DNA of 37,400 nt from Macrostomum lignano (Eukaryota): assembly GCA_002269645.1 (NCBI GenBank), contig NIVC01001575.1, forward strand, positions 1 through 37,400. Direction: 5' to 3'. Shown here in pieces: positions 1-13,099 of the stretch. How positions within the stretch are numbered: position 1 is the stretch's first letter; each line of letters starts with the position of its first letter. A model generated the notes under the pieces. The model did no database searches. It was given only the letters and a program-made list of their open reading frames with translations, and was not told the DNA's origin. The position numbers were made by a program, and so were the translations under genes.

Positions 1-284
1 GAATTCTGCGCTCGTAAAAAACGATAGTGATTCTTTCATATTTCTCAGATGCAGCTCTAATGTTGTTACCACCGCTGCCATTTGACAGGACTTGGGCTAA
101 ATATTCAGGCTGCTAAAAATCTTCCAAACTGTTCCCATTTCCGTGTGTACAACACGCAAGCTAGGAAGTGTTTGCCTTGATTAGTAAGCCTCTTGCATTC
201 TTTTCAAATTCTTTTCCACGCGGTTACAATCCTCCAAATTCATCCTCAAGGCTTCTCCTCACTCCAACTCTTGATCCCTTTTAA

Positions 285-540
285 TACCTCTCTCTCTCTC
301 CCAGTCCCTCTCTCCTATTATCTATTACCTCATCTCTCTCCTCTCTCCTATATCTCCTCTATCACTCTTTCTTATATCTCCTTCCTCTCCTCTCTCGTCG
401 CCATCCTGTCTCTCTCCCTCTCCCTCTTTCTCCTTTCTTCTCTCCTCTTAGCTGCAGGGCAGTCCGAAGACACAGCGGGGAGGCGAGAGTCGCCCATTCC
501 ACTATCTCTCTCCCTCACTCTGCTCTCTCTCCCTTTCCTA
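285..540. repeat. Degenerate CT-rich low-complexity tract
   Basis: Mostly ctct/ctcc runs on the + strand, with a short GC-rich interruption at about 450-500. Confidence 0.7.
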
Positions 541-694
541 TCTTTATGCTGGAGAACATCTGGCTAAAAAAAAATATTTGCGTTCATAGTAGCCTCTGGG
601 CCAGAATATAAAACATTCAAAATATCGGCACTTACTTTGCTTAAACATCTGCGTACCGCGCCAGTGCTTATGGGTTTGAGGACTTTTTCCGGAC

Positions 695-1325
695 TCTCTC
701 CCTCTTCTCCCTCTCCCTCTCTCCTCTCTCCATCTCTCCCTCTCTCCCTCTCTCCCTTCTCCCTCTCCTCCTCTTTCCCTCTCTCCCTCTCTCCCTCTCT
801 CCCTCTCTCCATCTCTCCATCTCTCCCTCTCTCCCTCTCTCCCTCTCTCCATCTCTCCCTCTCCCTCTCTCCCTCTCTCCCTCTCTCCCTCTCTCCCTCT
901 CTCCCTCTCTCACTCTCTCCCTCTCCTCCTCTTCCCTCTCTCCCTCTCTCCCTCTCTCCTCTCTCCATCTCTCCATCTCTCCCTCTCTCCCTCTCTCCCT
1001 CTCTCCATCTCTCCTCTCTCCCTCTCTCCCTCTCTCTCTCCCTCTCTCACTCTCTCCCTCTCTCCCTCTCTCCCTCTCTCACTCTCTCCCTCTCCTCCTC
1101 TTTCCCTCTCTCCCTCTCTCCCTCTCTCCCTCTCTCCCTCTCTCACTCTCTCCCTCTCCTCCTCTTTCCCTCTCTCCCTCTCTCCTCTCTCCCTCTCTCC
1201 CTCTCTCACTCTCTCCTCTCTTCCTCTTTCCCTCTCTCCCTCTCTCCCTCTCTCCCTCTCTCCATCTCTCACTCTCTCCCTCTCTCCTTCTCTTTTTCTT
1301 TCCTCCCCTTTTCCACTCTTCTCCA
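695..1325. repeat. Polypyrimidine/polypurine satellite, approx. (CTCTCTCC)n
   Basis: About 630 bp almost purely C/T on the + strand with an approximately 8-bp period. It produces the spurious RE/G-rich and LSPS ORFs. Confidence 0.95.
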
Positions 1326-1825
1326 TGGTCTATTTCTAACTTTCTCATTTTCCATCTTCTTACCATCACTTAATGTTCTGTCTAAGTCCATCTGGACTCG
1401 AATTGTCAGGCACAATGCTCGCAGGATCCATCCTAGCTAGCCTGACAAAAGTCAATTTTTCGAGTCGACGGATAGGTGTGAGTGGCCAAAAAAGTAGCAA
1501 GCATGAGTGAGAAATGCTCACCGGTAGATGATCTCAATTTCTCACGTGATCGACTCTTGCCTTCTTACTCGAGATCCCATAAGTCTCTTTGTTGATCGAA
1601 TCCCTAGCAACAAGCGCCATCTGTCCGTCTGTTCCACTTGCGTTACAAAGTTCTCAAGGTAACAGCAGGTAAATCGTACAAGTGCAAATAAACACTAGCC
1701 AGCAATATATTTGCCAAATGTACTTTTCAAAAACTCAGTTTTTCTAGTCTAACTGAAATTTAGTACATATTAAGCTTAAAATATTAGGCTATCAGTATTC
1801 GATTTTAAATCCTATTTGACTTCCA

Positions 1826-1909
1826 TTCGGCGCTTTTTGAACTAAATTTGGCGTTTTTTTTATTTACTTGTAATTTGGCGCCTTTTTAAATACAAGTTGG
1901 CGCCTTTTG
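1826..1909. repeat. Cluster of four GGCG(C/T)(C/T)TTTT motifs, possibly a DNA-transposon subterminal remnant
   Basis: Motif at 1829, 1850, 1877 and 1899 with about 21-27 bp spacing in AT-rich DNA. No partner end found. Confidence 0.35.
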
Positions 1910-2417
1910 AGTTAAGCTTTGGCCAAATCTAATTAGTAGGCCTTTCTGAAAGAGAACTTTTTCTAAGATCTTCATTTTACGTTAAAGTCTCCCCTTGACA
2001 ACTGCACAGAAGTACAAAATCCGCAGTCCAGTCTGGCTTGTGGCTAAATATACTTTGATTAAAAATTTAACCATGGCACCTCACAAGGTGAAGCGAGGGA
2101 ATGGGAAAAAAGTATTTAGAAACCCAACTATAACCTTGAGTTGGCTCATTGCCAGTAAGTGTAGCCATGCCAGGCAGGCAGTTGTATGCAGGCCCCATGA
2201 CATATTTAATAGTTAATACATTGTCATTTTTGCGCTAAAAATGTTACCGTTTTTAGAGTTATAGTGGTCCCCATACAGTTTCTTCAAAGAATTGTTGTTT
2301 TGCACACGTATTTTCATGGTGATAATTCGGGTGAATTAATCCTGTTTGTACAAGCTGGAAAAATGGTCATAAACTTTTTTGGTTGTCAAGGTCCAATCAG
2401 TTTGATAGAATTAGCTT

Positions 2418-2953
2418 GGGTACCTCTCATTTCGCCGATTCTCGTTTCGCCGATTCTCGTTTCGCCGAATCTCATTTCGCCGATTCTCGGTTCGCCGACA
2501 TTCTCATTTCGCCGATTCTCATTTCGCCGATTCTCGGTTCGCCGAAATTAGTTTCATAACCATCTGGACATTAGACCATAGACAACTACACTAATGCAAG
2601 TGTGATTTAGATGTCTATGGCTTGAAAAATAAAGTATTAAACTACTTTTAATTTAATACTTTTAATATGCTTTTAATATACTTATAATATACTTTTAATA
2701 TTTAATAAAAAAATAACACTTTATTTTTTAAGCCATAGACATCTAAATCACACTTGCATTAGTGTAGTTGTCTATGGTCTAATGTCCAGATGTTTTATGA
2801 AACTAATTTCGGCGAACCGAGAATCAGCGAAATGAGAATGTCGGCGAAATGAGAATCGGCGAAATGAGAATGTCGGCGAACCGAGAATCGGCGAAATGAG
2901 ATTCGGCGAAACGAGAATCGGCGAAACGAGAATCGGCGAAATGAGAGGTACCC
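2418..2953. mobile_element. Non-autonomous foldback/Mutator-like element (long TIRs with 15-bp subrepeats, 9-bp TSD)
   Basis: Arms about 2418-2638 and 2713-2953 are near-perfect reverse complements, starting GGGTACC and ending GGTACCC. They carry 8 (left) and 9 (right) copies of CTCATTTCGCCGATT-like units around an AT-rich spacer of about 75 bp. Direct repeat AATTAGCTT at 2409-2417 and 2954-2962. Confidence 0.9.
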
Positions 2954-3462
2954 AATTAGCTTGCGTGTTCAACGAGCTCAGAACGCCCAACAATCCATTT
3001 TTTGGCTTCCCAACGGCTTAAATCCGGAACAATAACGCAGTAAAACAAAATTCACCGCACGCAATAAGATTTGATAATCTATCAAGATTTGAATGAAAAT
3101 TCCAATAGCCAAATGAACCAGAAATTATTTGAATTTTTTTTTCATTTTTTAAACGGTCCTAAGGGATGCGCAGGAAAAATTGTCAAATTTCTATTTGTAT
3201 TTGTTTTGATTTACTTTTCTCAATTAGTCGAGGTAGTGCAGTTACGAGTATGGTATATTTTAGTACGCCAAATATACATTACTGTACTAGGAGACACAGC
3301 AAAACATGTGAAAAATAATTTAAGATATATAACAAAAATATTTGCAACTGTGTTTCTATAATTACAAATAGTTTACAATTTGAAAACAAAATAATAAAAA
3401 CGCAACTTGATCAGCAGATCGACATTTTTTTTTAAATTTGCGCGTCTTCGATTTCTCTACTA

Positions 3463-3511
3463 CTAATGACAGGGAATGAATGGATGCACAAGTTCACATG
3501 TTCTGGCTTGT
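3463..3511 (-). CDS. Candidate terminal exon of the tandem-PDZ gene ((G)QARTCELVHPFIPCH*)
   Basis: Acceptor ttctgtttaccattcag. Its phase matches the phase-2 donor at 5996 (GG+A=Gly), and it ends at a TAG at 3463-3465. No homology support. Confidence 0.4.
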
Positions 3512-3692
3512 CTGAATGGTAAACAGAAACTAACTAGCTGTATTATGGACCAAAATTGCAGAACATAAATTAGGGAGATCAAAACAGGACAAGAAAGATT
3601 GTTTGAGTTGTGGGACCGACATGGGTAGACAAATAAATTATACGAGATGAGTGTAAGATGTGAGAACGAAATCAATAATGTTGAAATTAGTT

Positions 3693-4090
3693 GGAGGTAG
3701 ACTGAGAGAGAGAGAATGAGATTAAGGATGGCATTAGTGGGAGGTAGACTGAGAGAGAGAATGAGATTAATGATGAGATTAGTGAGAGGTAGACTGAGAG
3801 AGAGAGAATGAGATTAAGGATGGCATTAGTGGGAGGTAGACTGAGAGAGAGAATGAGATTAATGATGAGATTAGTGAGAGGTAGACTGACAAAGAGATTG
3901 AGATTGGGGGTGAGATTAGTGAGAGGTAGACTGAGAGAGAGAATGAGATTAATGATGAGATTAGTGAGAGGTAGACTGACAAAGAGATTGAGATTAAGGA
4001 GGAGATTAGTGAGAGGTAGACTGATAGTGAGAATGAGATTAAGTATGAGATTAGTGAGAGGTAGACTGATAGAGATTAAGGATGAGATTT
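3693..4090. repeat. Degenerate purine-rich minisatellite (GAGATTAGTGAGAGGTAGACTGA... modules)
   Basis: Recurrent gagatta and gagaggtagactga modules. Confidence 0.9.
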
Positions 4091-4840
4091 AAAAGAGAAA
4101 GAAGTCGAACAATGGATGAATGAGCTATTCAGATAAGTTCTCAAAGAAATTTTCAGAGAAGGTGCAGAACAAAAGTGAAACAAAAAATCAAAGGAACTTA
4201 TATTGAATAAAAATTTGATGCACTCAAAATTATTTTACGACTGTAATTGAAGAAAATAGATCAACATACAGGGGAAGTACTGTCCGATCGTCTATTTATT
4301 TAACTTAATAAGAGTTTCTATGCATTCATCGGTGCCAAAGTTTGCACTGTACAAAATGCTGAGCTTTTGGTAAGCCAATAATCGTACTTCAGTCCTGCTT
4401 CCATCAGCCACTGTGTTGGGGCCGATCCATTCAAGTGCTGCAAATAGTTTTTTTTAAAGTCGTTTTTTAAAAAGCTAAAAAATGTTTCTATCAGATACTT
4501 TTTGAGTGTGAATGCACATGTCAAGGACGTGTTAAGTAGAAGGATGCAGAACAACTGCGCTTCTTACCAAATGGCTTACATTTAAAAGCCAGCCTTCAAA
4601 AAACTTCCAAGAATCTACATCATCACACTTTCGTCGAAATATCTTTCATGTATGTTCTATAAATTTCTATGAATCTATAAATTTTCCAAGAAAGCTTTTA
4701 CGAGCATTTTTCCTAGAACATTCCCTGCCTGCGCAGGATTTAAATTTCTAGTCTTAGTTTGTAATACTGGCTGCTTTTAAATCAGTTTTCTAAAAGTTAT
4801 AAAATTGGTAGTAGGCTAGGAAACCCGCCAAGCAAAGTGC

Positions 4841-5216
4841 CTGTCTGTCCCTGACTTCCTGTCTGTCCCTGACTTCCTGTCTGTCCCTGACTTCCTGTCT
4901 GTCCCTGACTTCCTGTCTGTCCCTGACTTCCTGTCTGCCCCTGATTTCCTGTTTGTCCCTGACTTCCTGTCTGTCCCTGACTTCCTGTCTGTCCCTGACT
5001 TCCTGTCTGTCCCTGACTTCCTGTCTGTCCCTGACTTCCTGTCTGCCCCTGATTTCCTGTTTGTCCCTGACTTCCTGTCTGTCCCTGACTTCCTGTCTGT
5101 CCCTGACTTCCTGTCTGTCCCTGACTTCCTGTCTGTCCCTGACTTCCTGTCTGTCCCTGACTTCCTGTCTGTCCCTGACTTCCTGTCTGTCCCTGACTTC
5201 CTGTCTGTCCCTGACT
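4841..5216. repeat. 18-bp minisatellite (CTGTCTGTCCCTGACTTC), about 21 copies
   Basis: Near-perfect tandem units. A variant pair (ctgcccctgatttc/ctgtttg) recurs 108 bp (6 units) apart. Confidence 0.97.
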
Positions 5217-5559
5217 AAATCATTATGTCTATGATTGAAATGTGGGGGCGAAGCCCCCACACCTTCATGCCCATATTCATCAATGCAGCTCATGCGCTCG
5301 TATAACTCAGCCACATTGTCTATGGTACAATTACAGTATTACCCAGGCTTTAAGGGCGATAATGGGAATGCCAGAGGGCGCCGAAGGATACTATTACTGT
5401 TATTGGGCCATAGACATTTTGGCCTCGTCAATGCTGCGAGAGAAAGAATGAATTAAAGAGCGGGAAGTGGGTGTTCGTGGGTGGAAGCGCTAGCGCACGA
5501 GTGCACGATGTCCTTCACGCACGAGTGAACGTGAAGGAATTCCATTGTCGGATGATTCA

Positions 5560-5885
5560 TAGTGCAGGAATGAACAAAACCGTGCAGGAATGCATTTCTG
5601 CGCCTAATGCTTTTTCAGAGAGATTTTACCATAGACATCCATTCCTGCACGCAAGAGAGTGCAAGAATGCCATTCTTGCATGGAAAATCAGCCGACAATG
5701 GAGAGACAGAGTGCAATAATGTCTCAGACCACGAGTGTCTATGGCATTATTGCAAGATCAAGTCGTGCATCAATCACATTGCCGACTGATACTGTATAGC
5801 CAACTGTGGAGAAGATTTCAAATTTACCATAGACAAAGATAGACTAGCGAGCATTTTGCATCGAAAGCTGCTTTATCTATTGTGG
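5560..5885. mobile_element. Palindrome-rich, probably TE-derived segment with GTGCARGAATG motifs and CCATAGAC...GTCTATGG modules
   Basis: GTGCARGAATG at 5562, 5582 and 5659 and its reverse complement at 5640 and 5671. CCATAGAC at 5629 and 5826; GTCTATGG at 5737. Confidence 0.45.
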
Positions 5886-5995
5886 GGCAGTGCACGCAAT
5901 GAACCCAATGTGGGTTGTTGTTCTCATGGATGCGAATTGAACCTTCGAAGGAAGGCTGGTTGCATCTGACCGACCTAGTGCATCACCCGGCTCAC

Positions 5996-6735
5996 CCTTT
6001 TTCTGCACTGATTGAAGCTTCCACCGCAGGCAAGGACGTGTTGGCTTTAGCATCTGACTGCTGCTGCTTGGATTGCGGTTGAGACTGCTGCCTAGAGAAT
6101 CTGGATGACTTTAGGAAAGCGGTCAGCCTGTTGGGCGCATGGAAGGACTTGAAGAAATTTGATGCTGAGAAGTTGCCACCGGAAGTGCTTGGACCACCAG
6201 CAGCTGCTGCCGCTTCCGCTTCTCCTGCCGCTTCCGGCGGGACACGAAGTCGCGTAATCTCCAAATCGTCGGTTGATGCGCACGGATTCGAGTCCGGGAC
6301 TTTGGGCCGTCGATTCTCCTCCTTTTCGGTAGGAACAGCATTGGCCGCAGCTGGTGCCGCGCTGCTGGTTGGCTCGTCCGGCTCGGCACCATCGACCGGT
6401 GCTTCGCCTTGCTGATGGTGCCGCGAGTTCTGCGACTTCGCCTCGTCCGACTGACGCTGCAGTGTTTGGGCCTGCTGGTTTCGGTGCTTGTTATGGGAGG
6501 GCAGCGGCAGGGTCAGTGGCGTCGGTCCCGTCCCCGCCAGGTTTGCAACTGGGAGAGTCTCGCGGACAAGCAGAGCGATTGGCTCCGTGTCGCTGAGCGA
6601 CTTCAGCAGCGCCATGGCGCCCTCCATTGACCAGTCCGTGACGATGTGGCTGTTGATTTTCAACACCTGATCGCCGTCTTTCATGCCGGCCTCGTGGGCT
6701 GAGGTGCCGCGCTTCACAAAGTCAATATAGAGTCC
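5996..6735 (-). CDS. Tandem-PDZ protein exon: remainder of PDZ2 (GLYIDFVKRGTSAHEAGMKDGDQVLKINSHIVTDWSMEGAMALLK...) plus Gln/Ala/Ser-rich tail
   Basis: Acceptor ccttcatcgcag at 6736, in frame with the ORF. Contains the PDZ hallmark G-x-x-x-GDQVL-x-IN. Strong donor GG|GTGAGC at 5995; if this donor is unused the frame stops at TGA 5992-5994. Confidence 0.88.
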
Positions 6736-6765
6736 CTGCGATGAAGGAGTGTGAAGGAAGGAATT

Positions 6766-7704
6766 CTGTGTCCATCATGGTTATTGGGATCTGTGTCCAA
6801 CATCGTAACTGGGATCTGTGTCCAACATGTTGACTGGGATGTGTCCAACATGTTGATTGGGATCTGTGTCCAACATGTTGATTGGGATCTGTGTCCAACA
6901 TGGTAACTGGGATCTGTGTCCAACATCGTAACTGGGATCTGTGTCCAACATGTTGATTGGGATCTGAGTCCAACATGTTGATTGGGATCTGTGTCCAACA
7001 TGTTGATTGGGATCTGTGTCCAACATGTTGATTGGGATCTGTGTTCAACATGTTGATTGGGATCTGTGTCCAACATGTTGATTAGGATCTGTGTCCAGCA
7101 TGTTGATTGGGATCTGTGTCCAACATGTTGATTGGGATCTGTGTCCAACATGTTGATTGGGATCTGTGTCCAACATGTTTATTGGGATCTGTGTCCAACA
7201 TGGTAACTGAGATATGTGTCCAACATGTTGATTGGGATCTGTGTCCAACATGTTGATTGGGATCTGTGTCCAACATGTTGATTGGGATCTGTGTCCAACA
7301 TGGTAACTGAGATCTGTGTCCAACATGGTAACTGAGATATGTGTCCAACATGTTGATTGGGATCTGTGTCCAACATGTTGATTGGGATCTGTGTCCAACA
7401 TGTTGATTGGGATCTGTGTCCAACATGTTGATTGGGATCTGTGTCCAACATGTTGATTGGGATCTGTGTCCAACATGTTGATTGGGATCTGTGTCCAACA
7501 TGTTGATTGGGATCTGTGTCCAACATGTTGATTGGGATCTGTGTCCAACATGTTGATTGGGATCTGTGTCCAACATGTTGATTGGGATCTGTGTCCAACA
7601 TGTTGATTGGGATCTGTGTCCAACATGTTGATTGGGATCTGTGTCCAACATGTTGATTGGGATCTGTGTCCAACATGTTGATTGGGATCTGTGTCCAACA
7701 TGTT
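6766..7704. repeat. 25-bp minisatellite (CTGTGTCCAACATGTTGATTGGGAT), about 37 copies
   Basis: Tandem units, each with the 10-bp palindrome CAACATGTTG. The 25-aa period of the ORFs equals 3 units. Confidence 0.97.
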
Positions 7705-8349
7705 ACCGTACACAGTATACAATGAACTTTAAAAGCCAGACGTGGTGTCATGCAATTAAATTATCTGAGACTCTTTTAGAACCCGGAAATGAAGCAGACG
7801 GAAGTGAATCGATCACGATCTGGGTTGGTTCCAGTCTCTACCATTATTATTTCTGCCAGTCGGGATATTAGAATGACGATTGGGATGAATAGAAGATGAT
7901 GAAGGGAGCTTTGAGCAAAAGACAAAAAAGCATTCAACAGGTTTCGCTCAATCAATCTAGGGAGTCAATCACGTTAGCGTCTGCTTTCACCGACTCGCAT
8001 TCAAGCGACCAAGTCTGGTGGATCTAACAAAGAAACAAAAATTTCCAATCTTTTGAAGGATGAGGTTTCAAGATAACCAAACCTGTTTTGTGATTCTTGG
8101 CTCAGGTAGCTGAACTGCAGATTGTTATTTTTTTGCTCCGGTCAGGTGGAAAACTCGCTGGCATGGTGGCACGGTGACTCGATCGTGTGGGTTGATTTTG
8201 TAGTTAGAGTTTATAGAGCTTCTGTGGACTGAGGAAAGCTAAGTTCTATCCTATGGGATTCATGTGCACTCTCTCGTTTGCGGGCTCTGTCTTAAGGAAA
8301 TTTACACCACCAGGAAGTGACGTCCCTCAGATTCTTCCTTCAACCCCCA

Positions 8350-8950
8350 TTATCCATCAGAATCGCGCTTAGACCCTCATAATCCATCAGAATCGCGCTC
8401 AGACCCTCATGGGCCATCAGAATCGCCCTCAGACCCTCATGGGCCATGAGAATCGCCCACAGACCCCTATGAGTAATCAGAATCGCCCTCAGACCCTCAT
8501 GAGCCATCAGAACCGCCCTCAGACCCTCATGAGACTTCAGAATCGCCCTCAGACCCTCCTGAGCCATTTGAACCACCCCAAACCCCCATGAGCCATCAGA
8601 GCCGCCCTCAGACCCTCCTCAGATCCCCATGAGCCATCAGAAGCGCCCTCAGACCCTCCTCAGACCCCCATGAGCCATCAGAAGCGCCCTCAGACCCTCC
8701 TCAGACCCCCATGAGCCATCAGAACCGCCCTCAGACCCTCCTCAGACCCCCATGAGCCATCAGAAGCGCCCTCAGACCCTCCTCAGACTCCCATGAGCCA
8801 TCAGAAGCGCCCTCAGACCCTCCTCAGACCCCCATGAGCCATCAGAACCGCCCTCAGACCCTCCTCAGACCCCCATGAGCCATCAGAAGCGCCCTCAGAC
8901 CCTCCTCAGACTCCCATGAGCCATCAGAACCGCCCTCAGACCCTCCTCAG
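8350..8950. repeat. Minisatellite with a 30-bp unit (CAGAATCGCCCTCAGACCCTCATGAGCCAT) changing to a 41-bp unit
   Basis: 30-bp period to about 8570, then 41-bp period (e.g. 8638 to 8679) through an internal 11-bp duplication. Confidence 0.95.
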
Positions 8951-8969
8951 TCCAAGGACATTCACTCAC

Positions 8970-9051
8970 ATCGGGCTTCTTCTGCAGTCGCAGTCCCAAC
9001 ACGCCGTTGTCCTTCTGCAGTCGAATCTCGCGAATTCTGGCCACAACAGCT
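8970..9051 (-). CDS. Tandem-PDZ protein exon: linker and start of PDZ2 ((R)AVVARIREIRLQKDNGVLGLRLQKKPD)
   Basis: Acceptor tttacgcag and donor GAT|GTGAGT. 82 nt, phase-compatible with both neighbouring exons (2 in, 0 out). VLGLRL is the carboxylate-binding loop. Confidence 0.88.
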
Positions 9052-9832
9052 CTGCGTAAAATTGAAAAATAATGTTAGGCAAATGTCATATAATATAGAA
9101 ATCAGAAATTTTAATAGATTTCTCATCCATTAGTTTCACATGACTTGAAGACTACAACTCTCTGATGATTTCAACTCATTTTTCTCCATATAAAAAAGTA
9201 CTTTAATCTGCCGTCTCTGTAAGAAGTATGATTTTTTGTTTGAGTAAAAAGTCGGCTACTGTAATTAGAGATCGATGGGAGGTCGTGCTAGAAGAAGAAC
9301 TCCGCAATTCTGCATCTATTCAATCTGCACGGAAATCTGTCAGCTGAGTGCAAGGCGCAGCAGAATTGATGGAAAGCATTCTGAGAAGGCAGCAGCAACA
9401 GCAACGCCTGGATAGAGTTACCAAAGTATTAGGAAAAAAACAGGATCTAGGAGGCCGGCCCCACAGACCCGGACCCGCTGTGCTAAAATCAAACTCTGTA
9501 CACAAGGCCGGCAGCCAGTCATAAGTAGTGCAAAGTTTTTCAGTCCAGTCTCATTTTTTCTCTGTTCTCTCTGCCTGGAAATAAGACGCTTGTTTCTGAG
9601 GCTTCAAAACACGATTGGGTCCGGCCAAGTTTCGGCAGAAGAGTGGGACGGATTGGGGACTGGGGCGCCGAAAGCAGCACAGATGGCTCTGCCTCAGCAA
9701 AGTGAAATCTGCCTTTATTGATTTAGTCGCTAATGCCCTTCGCCTGACTTTCGCCAGTGCCTGATTTTGAATAATTGCGGGCAAAGTGGGCCAAGCAGTG
9801 AGACCGGATGATAGGCTGAGGAGAGATTAGAG

Positions 9833-10912
<1,080 letters not shown>

Positions 10913-11524
10913 ACAGGTTCCAATCCATCATCATTCTTCATCTACGCAGCTAGCGGGCCTCAGCATGCAGTGCAGCGAAGTGGAGTGCCTGAATTCCATG
11001 TTCTCCTAAGAGCGAAGGAGAAAAACATTAGCCGAGCTACAAGCAGCTGTTTCTGTCGATATTGGGGCATCAGCTACTAAGATATCTTAGCAGAAAAACT
11101 ACTCGGGAAGTGATGTGAGTCTCCATTTTCACTCTCCATCTCTATTCCCCACTTCTTCGCTCTATCCTTCCCGTTGATTATCCTCCCTAAATGGACGGAA
11201 GAATCCTTGGGAGGGCAGGTAACAGTGGATTGCCCCCGTGTGCGGGAGCAGAGCTGCTTTGTACTACAACAGAATTTCTGTCGCCAAAGTCATCAATCAC
11301 CTGATTTATGCCAAATGCAGACTTATTTGACAGAATTATTATTTATTGCCGGCAATTGTTTCTTTTTTGGGATCGAAAGTTGTCCAAAGCCACTCGGCAG
11401 ACAGAAAGAGAGGAAAGGCGTTGGGCATTGCGCTCTAAAATGGCTGGAAACAAGACATTGTAGAGGTAGGGAGAATCCTAAAGATGCTTTATAAACTATA
11501 CGGTGTCAGCTAAGAGTTAAATGA

Positions 11525-12290
11525 AGAAAGGTAGAGATAGAGTGGCATTGGTATAGAGTGGAGAGACAAGAGAGGTAGATAGAGAGGGAGAGTAGAGAGG
11601 GAGAGTGGAGAGGGAGAGTGGAGAGGGAGAGTGGAGAGGAAGAGTGGAGAGGGAGAGTGGAGAGGGAGAGTGGAGAGGGAGAGTGGAGAGGGAGAGTGGA
11701 GAGGGAGAGTGGAGAGGGAGAGTGGAGAGGGAGAGTGGAGAGGGAGAGTTAAGAGAGAAGGGAGGTAGATAGAGAGGGAGAGTAGAGAGGGAGAGTGGAG
11801 AGGGAGAGTGGAGAGGGAGAGTGGAGAGGGAGAGTGGAGAGGGAGAGTTGAGAGGGAGAGTGGAGAGGGAGAGTGGAGAGGGAGAGTGGAGAGGGAGAGT
11901 TGAGAGGGAGAGTGGAGAGGGAGAGTGGAGAGGGAGAGTTGAGAGGGAGAGTGGAGAGGGAGAGTTGAGAGGGAGAGTGGAGAGGGAGAGTGGAGAGGGA
12001 GAGTGGAGAGGGAGAGTTGAGAGGGAGAGTGGAGAGGGAGAGTGGAGAGGGAGAGTGGAGAGGGAGAGTGGAGAGGGAGAGTTAAGAGAGAAGGGAGGTA
12101 GATAGAGAGGGAGAGTGGAGAGAGAAGAGAAGTAGATAGAGACTGAGAAAGAGAGACAAGAGAGGTAGATAGAGAGGAGAGAGTAGGCAGATAAAGAGGG
12201 AAGTGGAAGAGAATAGAGAGATAGACAGGCAGGAAGATGGCACTGACAAGAGAGGTAGATAGAGACGGAGAGAAGAGGTATAGAGTTAAG
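11525..12290. repeat. 13-bp purine-rich minisatellite (GAGAGGGAGAGTG) with degenerate GA-rich flanks
   Basis: Core about 11580-12125 with a 13-bp period, matching the 13-aa periodicity of the antisense ORFs. Confidence 0.95.
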
Positions 12291-12719
12291 GTACAAGATT
12301 CGGAGAAACTATAAGTAAGGAGCTTCAATGGGTAGTCTGACCCACTATAAAACTGATAGCGTATCCGCTACAGACCGAGAGTAGATCTATAGCCAACTAA
12401 GGGTCGACTTGGCCCCCCTCCACTCGAAATCAATTTTTCCTGTCCGTGTCTAAATCGCTGGAGCATGTACCAGCTCGGTTGGGGAGCTCGGCTACACGGA
12501 TGCGCTCCAACTCTTGATTCTGGCCATCCCTCGGATCCGCTCCTCCGCTCTAGTCTACAAGGACCCAGTGGTTGATAGGGGAAAGGGAGATCTCTACATG
12601 TAGAAGGGAAGAGAGCTAGGGATTGGGGAGCTGGGAGGGGATTGCGATTGAATGCGATTGAGTCTTCAAATTCAATCAGCTTCATCGAACACACGGGAAT
12701 CGGGATTTATAGCAGGACT

Positions 12720-12720
<1 letters not shown>

Positions 12721-12746
<26 letters not shown>
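12721..12746. repeat. (AG)13 microsatellite
   Basis: Seen directly. Confidence 0.9.
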
Positions 12747-12752
<6 letters not shown>

Positions 12753-13099
12753 AGAGAAGGGATAAGGAAGGGATAGAGACTGCTTCAATTTTCCTTCTAT
12801 TATCGATGAATGAGGGCCGCCGCTCGCCCTTAATAGAGGCCCAAATAGAGCCCCTGAAATCCGTGTCTCTGTAGGGTTTCTGAGGGGAGCAGCATCATCC
12901 AACTGGTTCCGTTCTCACGATGTGGCTGACACAGCCTCCCACCGTTCCTCTTTGCCACGCATCTATGCACTAGTACTGAGTTCGTTACTGTCTTGTAGAT
13001 AGTGTTACAGCAGTTGAGGAAAAACGATGGAGACAGATGGACATTGAAGGAGAGAGATTCGAATGTTAGGGGGGGTGAGAAAGTGCGTGAGAAAGACTA

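Noticed and set aside
4318-4438. Exon-like segment HLNGSAPTQWLMEAGLKYDYW... after ctatttgcag
   Set aside because: Open only in phase 0, incompatible with the phase-2 donor at 5996 (immediate stop). No recognisable homology. Cannot be fully excluded.
6714-7751. 25-aa-period ORFs; CRISPR-like regularity; p53-like half-sites (CAACATGTTG)
   Set aside because: Pure tandem repeat with no unique spacers. The palindrome mismatches RRRCWWGYYY at both outer positions.
7813-7908. Possible alternative terminal exon LPSSSSIHPNRHS...* in the PDZ intron
   Set aside because: Relies on an AAG acceptor and would truncate PDZ2 mid-domain; no supporting evidence.
9368-9830. GC-richer short ORFs (MESILRRQQQQQ...; MPAIIQNQ...) in the PDZ intron
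   Set aside because: Short, with no convincing splice sites or recognisable domain. Left unassigned.
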